Source: a bacterium
Lineage (GTDB): Bacteria; Acidobacteriota; Blastocatellia; HR10
Assembly (NCBI GenBank): GCA_041640655.1
Contig: JBEPZV010000009.1
Coordinates: 1 to 63,471, forward strand
Direction: 5' to 3'
DNA: 63,471 nucleotides
Under the pieces are notes generated by a model, which was given only the letters and a program-made list of their open reading frames with translations, was not told the origin of the DNA and ran no database searches. The position numbers were made by a program, and so were the translations under genes. Positions 1 through 12,364 of the stretch are shown in pieces (position 1 is the stretch's first letter; each line of letters opens with the position of its first letter).

Positions 1-270
1 GCGATCCTGGACGCGGCGTTGCGTCGCCGGTCGCTCGTCGAGAGCGAGCGGGAGCGCGTGGAGAATATCGGGATCTTGCTCGCCTCGGGGTTGATCGCCG
101 GCGAGTCCATCACGTCCATCGTGCTCGCCTTCCTGTTCATCGGTGGGATCACGTTGCCCAAGCCCGTCGTCGCCTCGGCGATCCTGGGGGGGGCGGCCGT
201 GCTTGTCTTCCTGATCACCGCGCTGGTGCTCATCGTGCCACCGCTGCGCGCTGCCGGTCGGCGCGCTTGA
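1..270 (+). CDS. OPT-family oligopeptide transporter, C-terminal fragment (truncated by window start)
   Basis: Frame open from base 1; hydrophobic C-terminus with GILLASGLIAGESIT, typical of OPT/YSL transporters. Confidence 0.7.
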   Translation, partial: AILDAALRRRSLVESERERVENIGILLASGLIAGESITSIVLAFLFIGGITLPKPVVASAILGGAAVLVFLITALVLIVPPLRAAGRRA

Positions 271-318
271 CGGACGCGGAGGCTTCCTCTAAATTGCAGA
301 GTTCGAGGTCACGACGGT

Positions 319-1515
319 ATGGCCAGGCGCGCTCAATACTGCTTCTTGTGCGGTCGTGCGGAGACGATGTTCGTGAGCATCGGGCCGGATGCGGCCGTAT
401 GCGTGCGTTGCATCCGGGCCTTGAATGCGGCGGCCGATTCGGTCATCGCACGGCAACGCTCGCGCGCGGAGCCGGAGCCGTGGGTCCTCCCCCGTCCGGC
501 GGAGATCAAGGCGTTCCTGGATCAGTACGTCATCGGGCAGGAGCACGCGAAGCGTCGTGTCGCCCTCTCGGTCTATCAGCATTATCGCCGGTTGCAGCTG
601 CTGGATCAGGGGCAGACCGACGTTGAGTTGGAGAAGAGCAATATCCTCATGATCGGCCCGACCGGGACGGGGAAGACGCTCATTGCGCGGACGCTGGCGA
701 AGTTCCTCAAAGTCCCTTTCGCCATCGCGGATGCGACGACGTTGACCGAGGCCGGCTACGTGGGGGAGGATGTGGAGAACGTCCTCACGCGGTTGGTCGT
801 GGCGGCGGATGGAGACATCAAGGCGGCCGAGCGCGGCATCGTCTACATTGACGAGATTGATAAGATCGCGCGCAAGAGCGAGAGCCCTTCGATCACGCGT
901 GACGTCTCGGGCGAGGGGGTGCAGCAGGCGCTGTTGAAGATCATTGAGGGGACGATGGCGACGCTGCCGCCGCTTGGCGGGCGCAAGCATCCTCAGGCGA
1001 ATCAGGAGCAGATTGACACGACGCACATCCTCTTCATCTGCGGAGGGGCGTTCGAGGGGTTGGAGAAGATCATTCAGGATCGGATCTCGAAGAAGGGGGG
1101 GATTGGATTCACGGGGCGTCCGCCGGGACAGGATCAACGCATGGAGGTGCTCACCGAAGATCTGCTCAAGTACGGGCTCATTCCGGAGCTGATCGGTCGG
1201 CTGCCGATCATCGTGACGTTGGACCCGCTGGATGAGGATGCGTTGGTGGACATCCTGGTGAAGCCGCGCAATTCGCTCATCAAGCAGTTCAGTCGCTACT
1301 TCGAGATGGAGGGAGCGCGCCTGACGGTCTCTGAGGAAGCGTTGCGGCGCATCGCGCGCGAAGCCTTGGCCAAGAAGATCGGCGCGCGCGGCCTGCGGGC
1401 CATCCTGGAGCGCCTCTTCGAGGATGTGCTGTTCGAGTTGCCCGGGCAGGGGGCCGGAAGCGTCTATCATCTTGGAGAAGATCTGGTCGTGCGGCGGATC
1501 GAACGCGCGGCGTGA
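319..1515 (+). CDS. clpX: ATP-dependent Clp protease ATP-binding subunit ClpX, paralog
   Basis: CxxC..CxxC Zn finger, GPTGTGKT Walker A, YIDEIDKI Walker [30 protein letters not shown] loop. Confidence 0.93.
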   Translation: MARRAQYCFLCGRAETMFVSIGPDAAVCVRCIRALNAAADSVIARQRSRAEPEPWVLPRPAEIKAFLDQYVIGQEHAKRRVALSVYQHYRRLQLLDQGQTDVELEKSNILMIGPTGTGKTLIARTLAKFLKVPFAIADATTLTEAGYVGEDVENVLTRLVVAADGDIKAAERGIVYIDEIDKIARKSESPSITRDVSGEGVQQALLKIIEGTMATLPPLGGRKHPQANQEQIDTTHILFICGGAFEGLEKIIQDRISKKGGIGFTGRPPGQDQRMEVLTEDLLKYGLIPELIGRLPIIVTLDPLDEDALVDILVKPRNSLIKQFSRYFEMEGARLTVSEEALRRIAREALAKKIGARGLRAILERLFEDVLFELPGQGAGSVYHLGEDLVVRRIERAA

Positions 1516-1525
1516 GGCCTCCATC

Positions 1526-1555
1526 TTGACAGGGACGCCGCTGTCGGGCTACATT
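1526..1555 (+). promoter_or_regulatory. sigma70-type promoter for tRNA/tig operon
   Basis: TTGACA-N18-TACATT just upstream of tRNA-Lys. Confidence 0.6.
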
Positions 1556-1581
1556 TACGACCTCCGGATCTTTGAAACGGT

Positions 1582-1658
1582 GGGCCGTTAGCTCAACTTG
1601 GTAGAGCAGCGGACTCTTAATCCGCGGGTTGGAGGTTCAAGTCCTCCACGGCTCACCA
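1582..1658 (+). tRNA. tRNA-Lys(CTT)
   Basis: Acceptor GGGCCGT/ACGGCTC, anticodon arm GCGGA-CT CTT AA-TCCGC, GGTTCAAGTCC T arm, encoded CCA. Confidence 0.97.
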
Positions 1659-1673
1659 TGTGTCTCACTCTCT

Positions 1674-1759
1674 GCGAAAGTGGCGGAACTGGGAGACGCG
1701 CCAGACTTAGGATCTGGTGGCCATAGGCCGTGGGGGTTCGAATCCCCCCTTTCGCACCA
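1674..1759 (+). tRNA. tRNA-Leu(TAG)
   Basis: Acceptor GCGAAAG/CTTTCGC, anticodon arm CCAGA-CT TAG GA-TCTGG, long variable arm, GGTTCGAATCC, CCA. Confidence 0.97.
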
Positions 1760-1891
1760 GCCGAGAGAGTCCTTCCGTGATACCATCCAGGTGACCGACC
1801 GGGGGGTGCAGGTAACGTCACTCTCGATGAGGGGGAACGCCCCGGGTGATCCCATCAGGGCGCACAGGAGCGAGGGGGGAGCATTTTCGCC

Positions 1892-3193
1892 GTGACGCCG
1901 AAGGTCGAAGTCCGAGATCTCTCCGAGTGCCGAAAGGAATTGCTCATTGAGCTGCCCGCGGAGGATGTGCGTCGGGAGCTGGAGCGGATCTATGGGGATC
2001 TGGCGCGGCGGCTGACGGTCCCCGGATTTCGCCCGGGCCGCGTGCCGCTCTCCGTCGCGCGGCAGCGGTTCAAGCGGGAAGCCCGTGAAGAATTACAGCG
2101 TCGGTTGGTGCCGCTGTTGATCGAACAGGCGCTCTCGACCCATCGGTGGCGGTTGGCGGCCGGGCCGGAGGTCATGGATCTCGTCCTCTCGGAGACGGAA
2201 CCGCTTCGGATGCGGGCGCGGATCGAAATCTTCCCTCACGTGGACGTGCGTGCGTATCGCGGACGACGGGTGGTCAAGCGCATTCGTCCGGTGACGGAGT
2301 CGGAGATCGAGCGCGTTCTCGAACGGCTTCGGGAGGCGCATTCGGTCCTGGTTCCGGTCGAGGGGCGCGCGGCGGCTGTGGGCGATGTCGTCACGCTCCG
2401 CGTCACGGCTGAGGAGGTGGATGAGCGCGGCGCTCCCATCCGTCGCATATTCGAGCAGCAGGAGATGACACTGGAGCTGACGCCGGAGCAGGTGGACGCA
2501 GATCCGTTCGCGCGAGAGATCGTCGGGTGCGCGGCGGGTCAGGAGAAGACGTTCATGCTCCCCGAGGATTCGGGACGCCGGATCCGTTACGCGGTCGTCG
2601 TCAACGACGTGCGGCGCAAAGAGGTCCCGGAGTTGGATGACGAGTTCGCTCAAACGGTGAGCCAGCGGGCGGAGACGCTCGAGGAGTTGCGCGAGCTGAT
2701 TCGACAGGAGCTGGAGCGGCGGCATGCGGAGGAGGCGGAGGCCGAGCTTCGCGAGCAGCTTCTGGATCAGCTGGTGCGGGAGCATCCGTTCGAGGTTCCG
2801 CCCACGCTGGTGGAGCATGTGGCGCGCGAGCGCATGCGGCGTTTCGCCCGAGCGCTCACCCGCTCTGGAACTGAACCCACCTCGGCTGCTCTCGATTGGG
2901 AACAGATCGCTCGTCGAGGAATCGAGGAGGCGGCCCGCGACGTGCGCGCGATGTTGATCCTGGATCGCATCGCTGAGCAGGAGGGGATCGAGGTGAGCGA
3001 GGCCGAGATCGAAGCGGAGATCGCGCGGCGCGCCGCGCAGTGGCAGATCTCGCCCTCGGAGGTGAGGAGCCGCTTGACAACGGAAGGGGGGCTCGATACC
3101 ATCAGAAACGAGATTCGGCGGCGAAAGGCGTTGGAGCTTATCGTGGCGAGCGCCGAGGTGGAGACCGAAGAGGCTCCGCCGCAGGGGGAATGA
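1892..3193 (+). CDS. tig: Trigger factor
   Basis: GFRPGRVP ribosome-binding signature, ELDDEFA motif, position between tRNA-Leu and clpP. Confidence 0.93.
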   Translation: MTPKVEVRDLSECRKELLIELPAEDVRRELERIYGDLARRLTVPGFRPGRVPLSVARQRFKREAREELQRRLVPLLIEQALSTHRWRLAAGPEVMDLVLSETEPLRMRARIEIFPHVDVRAYRGRRVVKRIRPVTESEIERVLERLREAHSVLVPVEGRAAAVGDVVTLRVTAEEVDERGAPIRRIFEQQEMTLELTPEQVDADPFAREIVGCAAGQEKTFMLPEDSGRRIRYAVVVNDVRRKEVPELDDEFAQTVSQRAETLEELRELIRQELERRHAEEAEAELREQLLDQLVREHPFEVPPTLVEHVARERMRRFARALTRSGTEPTSAALDWEQIARRGIEEAARDVRAMLILDRIAEQEGIEVSEAEIEAEIARRAAQWQISPSEVRSRLTTEGGLDTIRNEIRRRKALELIVASAEVETEEAPPQGE

Positions 3194-3194
3194 G

Positions 3195-3815
3195 ATGAGG
3201 GGTATGAGGCACGGAGCGTACGATGCGTTGATCCCCATGGTCGTGGAGCAAACGAGTCGTGGCGAGCGCGCCTACGACATCTTCTCTCGGTTGCTCAAGG
3301 ATAACATCATCTTCATCGGCACGCCCATTGACGATACGGTCGCGAACCTGGTGATCGCTCAATTGCTTTTCCTGGAGGCGGAGGATCCGGATCGCGACAT
3401 CTCGCTCTACATCAATAGCCCGGGGGGCTCGATCACAGCCGGGCTGGCCATCTACGACACGATGCAGTTCATCCGTCCCGACGTGCAGACGATCTGCGTC
3501 GGGCAAGCGGCATCAATGGCGGCGGTGCTCTTAGCCGGGGGCGCGAAGGGGAAGCGCTTCGCCTTGCCGAATTCTCGCATCCTCATTCATCAGCCGCATG
3601 CCGGGGGGATCTCCGGGCAGGCGACCGATATTAAGATCGCGGCCGAGGAGATCCTGCGCATGCGACGGCTGATCTCTTCGATCCTGGCACGGCACACGGG
3701 CCAGCCCTTGGAGGTCATCGAGCGGGATGTCGAACGGGATCTGATCATGACGGCGGAGCAAGCCGTCAGCTACGGCATCATTGACCACGTCATCACTCAT
3801 CGGGGGCAATCCTGA
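3195..3815 (+). CDS. clpP: ClpP proteolytic subunit (true start may be slightly downstream)
   Basis: [41 protein letters not shown]. Confidence 0.97.
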   Translation: MRGMRHGAYDALIPMVVEQTSRGERAYDIFSRLLKDNIIFIGTPIDDTVANLVIAQLLFLEAEDPDRDISLYINSPGGSITAGLAIYDTMQFIRPDVQTICVGQAASMAAVLLAGGAKGKRFALPNSRILIHQPHAGGISGQATDIKIAAEEILRMRRLISSILARHTGQPLEVIERDVERDLIMTAEQAVSYGIIDHVITHRGQS

Positions 3816-3915
3816 GAGAGGCCTCACGGAGGGTCACGCGGACCAACCGCATCGGAGGAGGAGGGCGGTGGCGCTCGCGCGGATCCGGAGACAGTCCTGA
3901 GCGGAGGGGGAGCCC

Positions 3916-5148
3916 ATGGTGCGAAAGACGGAGGAGGTGGCGCGATGTTCCTTCTGCGGACGACTCCAGCACGAGGTGAAGAAACTGATTGCCGGGCCGA
4001 ATGTCTACATCTGCAATGAGTGCGTCGAGATCTGCAATGCGCTCATGTCCGAGGATTCCGTCGTCGAGCCGGCCCCACGACCTCGGCTGCCCAAGCCGAC
4101 GGAGATCAAGGAGTTCCTCGATCAATACGTCATCGGCCAGGAGGAGGCGAAGAAGAAGCTGGCCGTCGCCGTCTACCAGCACTACAAGCGCGTCCTGATG
4201 AATCGCGCCCCGAGCGATGTGGAGATCCAAAAGAGCAACATCCTGCTCATCGGGCCGACGGGGACGGGCAAGACCCTGCTCGCGCAGACGCTGGCGAAGA
4301 TGCTCGACGTCCCCTTCGCCATCGTGGACGCGACGACGTTGACCGAGGCCGGCTATGTGGGGGAGGATGTCGAGAACATCCTGCTGCGCTTGATCCAGGC
4401 GGCCAATGGCGATGTCGAGCGCGCGCAGTGCGGCATCGTCTACATTGACGAGGTGGACAAGATCGCCAAGAAGGACGAGAACCCCTCGATCACGCGCGAC
4501 GTCTCGGGCGAGGGGGTGCAGCAAGCGCTGTTGAAGATCCTCGAGGGCACGATCGCGAACGTCCCGCCTTACGGCGGGCGCAAGCATCCGCATCAGGAGT
4601 TCATCCCCGTGGACACGACGAACATCCTCTTCATTTGCGGGGGGACCTTCGTCGGGTTGGAGAAGATCATCGAGCGACGCTTGGGCAATCGCTCTGTCGG
4701 ATTCCGAGCGGAGATCCGCACGGCGGCTGAGCGACGGCGCGATAACATCCTCGCCCACGTGCAGCCGGAGGATCTGATTAAGTTCGGACTCATCCCGGAG
4801 TTCGTCGGGCGGCTGCCGGTGGTCGCGACGCTGCATGAGTTGAACGAGACGGCCCTGGTGGAGATCCTCACCAAGCCCAAGAATGCCATCATCAAGCAGT
4901 ATCAGAAGCAGTTCGAGTTCGACAATGTGAAGCTGCGCTTCACCGAGGACGCGCTGTACGCCATCGCGCGCGAGGCCTTTCGACGTAAGGTCGGCGCCCG
5001 CGGCCTGCGCATGATCCTGGAGGAATTGATGCTGGATGCCATGTACATCTTGCCGGCGCAGAAGAAGATCAAGGAGTTCGTCGTCACGCGCGAGATGGTC
5101 GAGAAGCGGTGCGTCATGTTCCCCCTTCTGGAGAAGAAGGCGGGATGA
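3916..5148 (+). CDS. clpX: ClpX ATP-binding subunit (canonical operon copy)
   Basis: CSFCG..LIAGP..ICNEC Zn finger, Walker A/B, GYVG, RKHP; follows clpP. Confidence 0.97.
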   Translation: MVRKTEEVARCSFCGRLQHEVKKLIAGPNVYICNECVEICNALMSEDSVVEPAPRPRLPKPTEIKEFLDQYVIGQEEAKKKLAVAVYQHYKRVLMNRAPSDVEIQKSNILLIGPTGTGKTLLAQTLAKMLDVPFAIVDATTLTEAGYVGEDVENILLRLIQAANGDVERAQCGIVYIDEVDKIAKKDENPSITRDVSGEGVQQALLKILEGTIANVPPYGGRKHPHQEFIPVDTTNILFICGGTFVGLEKIIERRLGNRSVGFRAEIRTAAERRRDNILAHVQPEDLIKFGLIPEFVGRLPVVATLHELNETALVEILTKPKNAIIKQYQKQFEFDNVKLRFTEDALYAIAREAFRRKVGARGLRMILEELMLDAMYILPAQKKIKEFVVTREMVEKRCVMFPLLEKKAG

Positions 5149-5189
5149 TCGGCTGAGGCCGACATCGGTCGGGTTCCGCGAGCTTCCCT

Positions 5190-7619
5190 ATGCCCGGATT
5201 CGGCGATCTGATGGCGAAGGATGTGACGCGTCATCCCCTGGTTCCCCTTCGAGACCTGGTGATCTTCCCTCGCACGTCCGCCGTTCGATTGTTCATCGGA
5301 CGACCGTCCTCGATGGCGGCCGTGGAGCGCGCGCTCGCCGTAGATCGGCTCGTCTTCCTGGCGACGCAACATGATGCTGCCGTGGAGGACCCGACGCCGG
5401 ATCAGCTCTACACCGTCGGGACGATCGCGATGATCCTCCGCTCATCGCGGCGCTCTGATGGGGCGATTCACATCGAGGTGGAGGGGCGCGAGCGGGCTCG
5501 CGCGCTGGCGATCGCCGAAGACGAGGGATGCTTCATGGCCACGGTGCGCCGGCTGCAGGCGGAGCCGGAGGATGCGGCGCGTCTGAAGGCGCTTCTGGCG
5601 CGGCTCGCCGTGGTGCTCGATCAGTACTGTCAGCAGTATCCGGAGGCGGAGATGCTGCGCGCATGTCTTCGCCTGCCGGATCCGGGGCAGATGGCTGATG
5701 TGCTCGCGCAGGCGCTGAACGTGGAGGTTGAGGTCAAGCAGCAGTTGTTGGAGGCTGTTCGCGTCTCGCATCGCTTGGGGCGCGTGATCGAGCTCCTCGA
5801 ATTCGAGATCGAGAAGGTGCAGCTTGACCGCGCCATCCACACTCGGGTCAAGCGGCAGATGGAGCGGGCGCAGCGCGAGTATTATCTGCAGGAGAAACTG
5901 AAGGCCATCCACAAGGAGCTGGGGCGGACGGACGAGCGGGCGGAGGTGGAAGAATTGCGCCGGCGGATCGAAGCTTCAGGAATGAGCTCAGAGGCGCGGG
6001 AGAAGGCGATGATCGAGCTGCGGCGCCTGGAGCAGATGCCGCCGATGTCGGCCGAGGCCGCCGTCTCGCGCCACTATATCGAGTGGTTGCTCGCCGTCCC
6101 ATGGATGCAGCGCTCGGAGGAGATTCGCGATCTCGCGTACGCGGAGGCCGTGCTGGAAGCCGATCACTATGGTCTGCAGAAGGTCAAAGAGCGCATCCTG
6201 GAATATCTGGCCGTGCGCCAATTGGTGGAGACGCCGCGCGGTTCGATCCTCTGTTTCGTCGGTCCGCCGGGCGTGGGGAAGACGAGTCTGGGGCGCTCCA
6301 TCGCGCGGGCGACGGGACGAACATTCGTGCGCGTGAGTCTGGGCGGCATCCGCGACGAGGCGGAGATTCGCGGGCATCGGCGCACGTATGTCGGCGCGTT
6401 CCCGGGTCAGATCATCCAGATGATGCGGAAGGCCGGGACGATCAATCCCCTCTTCATGCTCGATGAGATTGACAAGCTCGGCGCGGACTTCCGCGGCGAT
6501 CCGGCCGCCGCCCTGCTCGAGGTGCTCGATCCGGAGCACAATCACGCCTTTCGCGATCACTATCTCGACGTCGAGTATGATCTCTCGCAGGTCTTCTTCA
6601 TCGCCACGGCGAATGTGACGCACACGATCCCGCCGGCACTCTTGGACCGCTTCGAGGTCATCCGGATCCCCGGGTATACCGAGCGGGAGAAGGTGGAGAT
6701 CGCGCGCCGACATCTCATTCCGAAGCAGGTGCAGGCGACCGGGTTGAAACCGGAGCAGGTGAGTTTCTCCGAAGAGGCCTTACAACTGCTCATCCGCGGA
6801 TATACGCGCGAGGCGGGGGTACGGAATCTGGAGCGCGAGATCGGCGCCATCTGTCGGAAGGTGGCGCGGCGGGTGGTCGCTGCTGGTGCGGAGCGCGAGG
6901 CCTATCGGGAGGCCATCACTGCCGAGAGCGTCCGAGTCCTCTTGGGCCCGGAGCGATATCGCCCGATGGGATTGCGCGCGCAGAGCGAGGTCGGCGTCGC
7001 GACTGGCCTGGCGTGGACGGAGATGGGGGGAGAGGTTTTGCAGATCGAAGTCACGTTGATGCCCGGCAGCGGGGAGCTCACGCTGACGGGGAAGCTCGGC
7101 GAGGTGATGCGGGAGTCGGCGCAAGCGGCGATCAGCTACGTCCGTTCGCGCGCGCGCGATCTGGGCTTGCCCACGGACTTTCACAAGGAGCAGGATATTC
7201 ACGTTCACATCCCCGAAGGCGCGATTCCGAAAGAGGGGCCTTCGGCCGGCATCACGATCGCGACGGCGCTCGTCTCGGCGCTGGCGCGCATTCCCGTGCG
7301 TCGGGATGTCGCGTTGAGCGGGGAGATCACATTGCGGGGGAGGGTTTTGCCCATCGGTGGCGTGAAGGAGAAAGTCCTGGCCGCGCATCGCCTGGGCATC
7401 CCGCAACTCATCCTCCCGAAGGAGAACGAGAAAGACCTCGCGGATCTCCCCGAGGATGTCCGGGCCGCCTTGCACATCCATTTGGTGGAGACGATGGATG
7501 AGGTCCTGCCCCTGGCTCTGGAGGGCACTTGGCCCCCTCCTGCGGAATCGGCTGCGATGCCCCCGATCTGGTTGTCTTCGACAGCTTCGGGAGCCGATCT
7601 GAATCCGATGGCGGAGTAG
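5190..7619 (+). CDS. lon: Lon protease (LonA type)
   Basis: N domain [36 protein letters not shown], catalytic PKEGPSAG and GGVKEK. Confidence 0.96.
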   Translation: MPGFGDLMAKDVTRHPLVPLRDLVIFPRTSAVRLFIGRPSSMAAVERALAVDRLVFLATQHDAAVEDPTPDQLYTVGTIAMILRSSRRSDGAIHIEVEGRERARALAIAEDEGCFMATVRRLQAEPEDAARLKALLARLAVVLDQYCQQYPEAEMLRACLRLPDPGQMADVLAQALNVEVEVKQQLLEAVRVSHRLGRVIELLEFEIEKVQLDRAIHTRVKRQMERAQREYYLQEKLKAIHKELGRTDERAEVEELRRRIEASGMSSEAREKAMIELRRLEQMPPMSAEAAVSRHYIEWLLAVPWMQRSEEIRDLAYAEAVLEADHYGLQKVKERILEYLAVRQLVETPRGSILCFVGPPGVGKTSLGRSIARATGRTFVRVSLGGIRDEAEIRGHRRTYVGAFPGQIIQMMRKAGTINPLFMLDEIDKLGADFRGDPAAALLEVLDPEHNHAFRDHYLDVEYDLSQVFFIATANVTHTIPPALLDRFEVIRIPGYTEREKVEIARRHLIPKQVQATGLKPEQVSFSEEALQLLIRGYTREAGVRNLEREIGAICRKVARRVVAAGAEREAYREAITAESVRVLLGPERYRPMGLRAQSEVGVATGLAWTEMGGEVLQIEVTLMPGSGELTLTGKLGEVMRESAQAAISYVRSRARDLGLPTDFHKEQDIHVHIPEGAIPKEGPSAGITIATALVSALARIPVRRDVALSGEITLRGRVLPIGGVKEKVLAAHRLGIPQLILPKENEKDLADLPEDVRAALHIHLVETMDEVLPLALEGTWPPPAESAAMPPIWLSSTASGADLNPMAE

Positions 7620-7678
7620 GGCTCGACCTCGTCCCGGTGATCGAGGGGGGGACCCCGCGCCGTCGCCGCACGCGCGTT

Positions 7679-8269
7679 ATGAAGATCACATCCGCGCGAT
7701 TACAGGCGAGCGTCTATCGGCTCGAGGACCTCCCGCGTGAGGAGAAGCCGGAGATCGTCTTCCTCGGACGCTCGAACGTGGGGAAATCGAGCGTGATCAA
7801 CAGCCTGCTGCGGATGCGGAACCTGGCGCGCACCAGCTCCACGCCGGGGCGGACGCGTGGGATCTATTTCTACGCGATCAACGAGCGCTTCTACTTCGTG
7901 GACCTGCCGGGGTACGGCTACGCCGAAGTCCCGCACGCCATGCGTCGGGCGTGGCGGACGTTGATCGAAGGGTATCTGGCGAATCGCCCGCAGATTCGCC
8001 TCTCGCTCCTCATCGTGGATGCCCGTCACGAGCCCACTCCTTTGGACCTTCAGATGCGCCAGTGGTTGGACTTTCATCATCGGCCGTACATCGTCGTGCT
8101 GACCAAGGCCGATAAACTCTCGGCCAATGAGGTGAAGCGCTCGGTCGAGCGGGCGGCGCGGGCCTTTCCGGAGGTGACGATCATCCCGTATTCGGCGCGG
8201 ACGGGGCTCGGGCGCGAAGAGGTGTGGCGGGCGATTGAGCGCGCCTTAGCCCACTCGCCCTCTGGCTGA
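7679..8269 (+). CDS. engB: Ribosome biogenesis GTPase EngB/YihA
   Basis: [28 protein letters not shown] at 7679 chosen. Confidence 0.95.
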   Translation: MKITSARLQASVYRLEDLPREEKPEIVFLGRSNVGKSSVINSLLRMRNLARTSSTPGRTRGIYFYAINERFYFVDLPGYGYAEVPHAMRRAWRTLIEGYLANRPQIRLSLLIVDARHEPTPLDLQMRQWLDFHHRPYIVVLTKADKLSANEVKRSVERAARAFPEVTIIPYSARTGLGREEVWRAIERALAHSPSG

Positions 8270-8307
8270 GCGGCGAAGGAGGGATCCTGGGGGGAGGAAG
8301 GCGACCG

Positions 8308-9567
8308 ATGGCCCTGGAGATGAGCGAACTGAGGGAGCTGAGCTTGTCGCGGCTGGCGCGAATCGCGCAGGAGCTGGGGATCGTGGACGCGATGCATCTC
8401 CGCAAACAGGAGCTGATCGTCCGGATCCTGCGCGCGCAGGCCGAGCGCAACGGCTTGCTCTTCATCGAGGGGGTGCTCGAATGCCTCCCGGAGGGATTCG
8501 GGTTCCTGCGCTCGCCCGAATACAGTTATCTGCCCAGTCCCGAGGACGTGTACGTCTCCCCCTCGCAGATCCGGCGCTTTCACCTGCGCACGGGTGATGT
8601 CGTCTCCGGGCAGGTGCGTCCGCCGCGCAATGGCGAGCGGTATTTCGCGCTCGTCAAGGTGGAGGCGATCAACTACGAGCCTCCGGAGCGGCACCGGGAG
8701 AGAGTCCCCTTCGATCATCTCACCCCCCTCTATCCGTGCGAGCGCATTCGGATGGAGGTGGGGCCGGGGAATCTCTCCGCGCGCGTCCTGGACCTGCTGA
8801 CGCCCATCGGGAAAGGGCAGCGGGGATTGATCGTCTCCCCGCCGCGCGCGGGCAAGACGATGCTCCTGCAGAATATCGCGAATTCGATCACGCGCAATCA
8901 TCCGGAGATCATTCTCATCGTCCTCCTGATTGACGAGCGGCCGGAGGAGGTGACCGACATGATGCGCTCGGTGCACGGGGAGGTCATCAGCTCCACCTTC
9001 GACGAGCCGGCCGCGCGCCATGTGCAGGTGGCCGAGATGGTCATCGAGAAGGCGAAGCGGCTGGTCGAACACGGGCGCGATGTCGTCATCCTACTGGATT
9101 CGATCACGCGCCTGGCGCGCGCCTATAACGCCACGATCCCCTCCTCGGGGAGGGTCCTCTCCGGCGGCCTGGACGCGAACGCCCTGCAGCGCCCCAAACG
9201 CTTCTTCGGCGCCGCGCGCAAGGTGGAAGAGGGGGGGTCGCTCACGATCATCGCCACGGCGCTCATTGATACGGGATCGCGCATGGACGACGTCATCTTC
9301 GAGGAGTTCAAAGGGACGGGCAATATGGAGATCCATCTGGATCGGCGCCTCGTGGATAAGCGCATCTTCCCCGCCATAGACATCCTGCGGTCGGGCACGC
9401 GCAAGGAGGAGTTGCTCATCCCCCCTGAGGATCTGCATCGGATCTTCATCCTTCGGCGCGTCCTCAGCCAGCTCTCGCCCGTCGAAGCGATGGAGCTGCT
9501 TTTGGAGAAGTTGCGCCGGACCCGCTCGAACGCCGAATTCCTCGCCTCGATGCACGCCCTCGAGTGA
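8308..9567 (+). CDS. rho: Transcription termination factor Rho
   Basis: [43 protein letters not shown]. Confidence 0.98.
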   Translation: MALEMSELRELSLSRLARIAQELGIVDAMHLRKQELIVRILRAQAERNGLLFIEGVLECLPEGFGFLRSPEYSYLPSPEDVYVSPSQIRRFHLRTGDVVSGQVRPPRNGERYFALVKVEAINYEPPERHRERVPFDHLTPLYPCERIRMEVGPGNLSARVLDLLTPIGKGQRGLIVSPPRAGKTMLLQNIANSITRNHPEIILIVLLIDERPEEVTDMMRSVHGEVISSTFDEPAARHVQVAEMVIEKAKRLVEHGRDVVILLDSITRLARAYNATIPSSGRVLSGGLDANALQRPKRFFGAARKVEEGGSLTIIATALIDTGSRMDDVIFEEFKGTGNMEIHLDRRLVDKRIFPAIDILRSGTRKEELLIPPEDLHRIFILRRVLSQLSPVEAMELLLEKLRRTRSNAEFLASMHALE

Positions 9568-9596
9568 ATGACGATAGCGCTCAGGCGCATCGTCCG

Positions 9597-9625
9597 TTGA
9601 CAAGCGGTGCGAGGGGCTTTATGAT
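9597..9625 (+). promoter_or_regulatory. sigma70-type promoter
   Basis: TTGACA-N17-TATGAT. Confidence 0.7.
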
Positions 9626-9667
9626 CTCGTCGGAATCGTGAAGGGAAGACCTCCGAGGAGGGCGACG

Positions 9668-10315
9668 ATGAGGGGAGGGGCGAAGCGAGTCCTCATCAGC
9701 ATGGCCGTCATCGTGGGGATGCACGTGGTCGTCGGCGCGCTGGTCTCACTGTATGCGCAGCGCATCGCCGAATCGGGATCGGAACCGCTGATGGCGACGC
9801 TTCGATTCGGGAATCCCTTATTCCTGGCCATCACGCTCGGGAGCTTCTTCATCGGCGGCTTGATCCTCGGGCTCATGCAAGAGCGCGTCATCTTAGGCGA
9901 ACCGATTCTGGCGGCGCTCGGCGCGATGCTGGTGACCTCACTGGCGGTCTTGGCCGGAGCGCCGGAGACCATCTTCCTCGTCTCTTTCGCGCGGGTGGGG
10001 GCGTGGATGTCGCTCCTGGTCACGATCGCCGTGGGCGTCGTCGCGACCGTCGCGGGGGCGCTGATCGGGGAGCGCTTGCGAACGCCTGCGGAGGAGACGC
10101 CGCTTGTGCGCGCCTCCATCGCGACAGGATTGGGACTTGTGATCATCGGGCCGTTTCTGCTGCTGATGCCCTATGGCTTGCCGTGGTATATCGTTGTGAT
10201 CGCCATCCTGGTCGTCCTCGTGCTGGTGGGCGTGGCGTATTATCTCTTCGTCGAGGGACCGACGTTCGAGCAGGAGGTGAGCGAGATCTCCATCAGCCCG
10301 GAGCGGAAGGAGTAA
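9668..10315 (+). CDS. Hypothetical integral membrane protein (about 6 TM)
   Basis: Several hydrophobic segments; GAGGAG RBS; own promoter. Confidence 0.75.
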   Translation: MRGGAKRVLISMAVIVGMHVVVGALVSLYAQRIAESGSEPLMATLRFGNPLFLAITLGSFFIGGLILGLMQERVILGEPILAALGAMLVTSLAVLAGAPETIFLVSFARVGAWMSLLVTIAVGVVATVAGALIGERLRTPAEETPLVRASIATGLGLVIIGPFLLLMPYGLPWYIVVIAILVVLVLVGVAYYLFVEGPTFEQEVSEISISPERKE

Positions 10316-10413
10316 TCCGGGCGCGCCTTCATCGGTCTCGTGTGCGGAGATCTCGCCCGCGTCGAAAGGGTTGTACCCCCTCGTCCGGGAAGGCGCTGCG
10401 GAGAGGCGATGGC

Positions 10414-12156
10414 TCATCCCAAGCGGCGCAGAAGCCGGCGATACTCTTGCCACAGCTCTTCGGGAAGGCGATCGCCGAACTGATGGAAGAACTCCGCGAT
10501 GGCCTCCGCTTCGCGACGCCAATCGTGGGGATCCACGCGCAGCAACTCCCGTAGGGTTTCCTTCGAGAGCGCGAGCCCATCCAGATCGAGCGCGTCGGGC
10601 GTGGGCACGTATCCGATGGGCGTCTCCTCGGCCTCACCGCCTCCGTTCACGCGCTCGATGATCCATTTGAGGACGCGAAGATTCTCGCCGAATCCCGGCC
10701 AGAGGAACCGACCGCTCGCATCCGTGCGGAACCAGTTGACGTGGAAGATCCGCGGCATTTTCGAGCTGCGCGCGCCCATGCGCAGCCAGTGGCGGAAGTA
10801 GTCGGCCATGTTGTAGCCGCAGAAGGGGAGCATCGCCATCGGATCGCGACGCACGACGCCAACTTCCCCCACAGCAGCCGCCGTCGTCTCCGAGGCCATG
10901 CTCGCGCCGACGAAGACTCCGTGCGTCCAGTCGAAGGCCTCATAGACCAGCGGCGCCACGCGCGCTCGCCGTCCTCCGAAGAGGATCGCCGAGATCGGCA
11001 CACCCTGCGGATCCTCCCAATGCGGGGAGATCGAAGGGCATTGTCGTGCCGGCGCCGTATAGCGTGCGTTCGGATGAGCCGCCGGTCGGCCGCTCGTCGG
11101 CGTCCACGGTCGCCCCTGCCAGTCATAGGCATATTCCGGGGGATCGCTCATCCCCTCCCACCAGGGGGTTCCGTCCAGGGTCAGCGCCACGTTCGTGAAG
11201 ATCGAGTTCCGCGAGAGCGCAATCATCGCGTTGGGATTCGTCCGCATGCTCGTGCCCGGAGCGACGCCGAAGAAGCCCGTCTCCGGATTCACCGCCCAGA
11301 GGCGACCATCCGGGCCGAACCGCAGCCAGGCGATGTCGTCCCCCACGGTCCAGACCTTATAGCGGCTCAGCGCTGGTGGAGGGACGAGCATGGCGAGGTT
11401 CGTCTTCCCGCACGCACTCGGGAAGGCGCCGGCCAGATACGTCACCCGCCCCTCCGGGTCCTCGACGCCGATGATCAGCATATGTTCGGCCAACCATCCC
11501 TCGTCCCGCGCCTCGACGCTCGCGATGCGCAGGGAATGGCACTTCTTCCCGAGCAGGGCATTACCCCCATACCCCGATCCGATGCTCCAGATCATGCGCT
11601 CTTCTGGGAAGTGGCAAATATAGCGCCGTTCCGGACTCAGATCGCCGAGCGAGTGCAGGCCTCGCACGAAGCGGTCGGAATCCCCCAAGTGCTCCAACGC
11701 GATCGTCCCCATGCGCGTCATGATGCGCATGTTCGCGACGACGTATGGACTGTCGGTCACCTCCACGCCGACCTCGCTGAAGGGAGAGCCGGGCGGGCCC
11801 ATCAGATACGGGACGACGTACATGGTCCGTCCTCGCATGCAGCCGCGAAAGAGCGAGCCCACGCGCTCACGCGCTTCTTCGGGAGACATCCAGTTATTCG
11901 TCGGACCCGCATCCTCCGGTTTCGGTGTGCAGATGAAGGTCAGATGTTCCGTTCGCGCGACATCGGTCGGATGGCTGCGATGAAGATAGCAGTTGGGGTA
12001 CTTCCGCTCGTTGAGGCGAAGAAGTGTCCCCTCGCGCAGCATCTGTTCAATGAGCGCATGATATTCGTCCTCCGATCCATTGCACCAGACGATGCGATCC
12101 GGTTGCGTCATTTGTGCGACGTCTTCGACCCAATCGGTGAGGGTTTTGGAAATCAT
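10414..12156 (-). CDS. pckG: Phosphoenolpyruvate carboxykinase (GTP)
   Basis: [66 protein letters not shown] before ATG 12156. Confidence 0.96.
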   Translation of the reverse strand: MISKTLTDWVEDVAQMTQPDRIVWCNGSEDEYHALIEQMLREGTLLRLNERKYPNCYLHRSHPTDVARTEHLTFICTPKPEDAGPTNNWMSPEEARERVGSLFRGCMRGRTMYVVPYLMGPPGSPFSEVGVEVTDSPYVVANMRIMTRMGTIALEHLGDSDRFVRGLHSLGDLSPERRYICHFPEERMIWSIGSGYGGNALLGKKCHSLRIASVEARDEGWLAEHMLIIGVEDPEGRVTYLAGAFPSACGKTNLAMLVPPPALSRYKVWTVGDDIAWLRFGPDGRLWAVNPETGFFGVAPGTSMRTNPNAMIALSRNSIFTNVALTLDGTPWWEGMSDPPEYAYDWQGRPWTPTSGRPAAHPNARYTAPARQCPSISPHWEDPQGVPISAILFGGRRARVAPLVYEAFDWTHGVFVGASMASETTAAAVGEVGVVRRDPMAMLPFCGYNMADYFRHWLRMGARSSKMPRIFHVNWFRTDASGRFLWPGFGENLRVLKWIIERVNGGGEAEETPIGYVPTPDALDLDGLALSKETLRELLRVDPHDWRREAEAIAEFFHQFGDRLPEELWQEYRRLLRRLG

Positions 12157-12163
12157 ATGAGGG

Positions 12164-12342
12164 CCTCCATGAGAGAGATGCCGAGCTTCACTGCGGGGGA
12201 ACGTCGGCTGAGCGCTCGCCAAGCGGAGGGCGAGGTGCTTCGCCTCTCCCGCGCGAACCGGCGGGAAAGACGTTGAAGGCACCCGTATCGCTCTCTCTCA
12301 TCACTCTGTCCCCCGAGTCGCCCGCAAATCAAGGGGAATTAT
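12164..12342 (-). promoter_or_regulatory. Long structured 5' leader of pckG (candidate cis-regulatory RNA) with upstream TATAAT
   Basis: TATAAT at 12337-12342 (minus); 10-bp closing stem 12169-12178/12292-12301 enclosing three hairpins and abutting the SD. Confidence 0.45.
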
Positions 12343-12364
12343 ACCCGGTCGGAAGCGCCTTTTT

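Noticed and set aside
1582..1759. tRNA-anchored genomic island
   Set aside because: No duplicated tRNA 3' end or integrase seen; tig follows directly
12170..12300. Known riboswitch (c-di-AMP, glycine, cobalamin) or 6S RNA
   Set aside because: Only isolated words match (e.g. CGGGGGAAC, on the wrong strand); core consensus elements are missing
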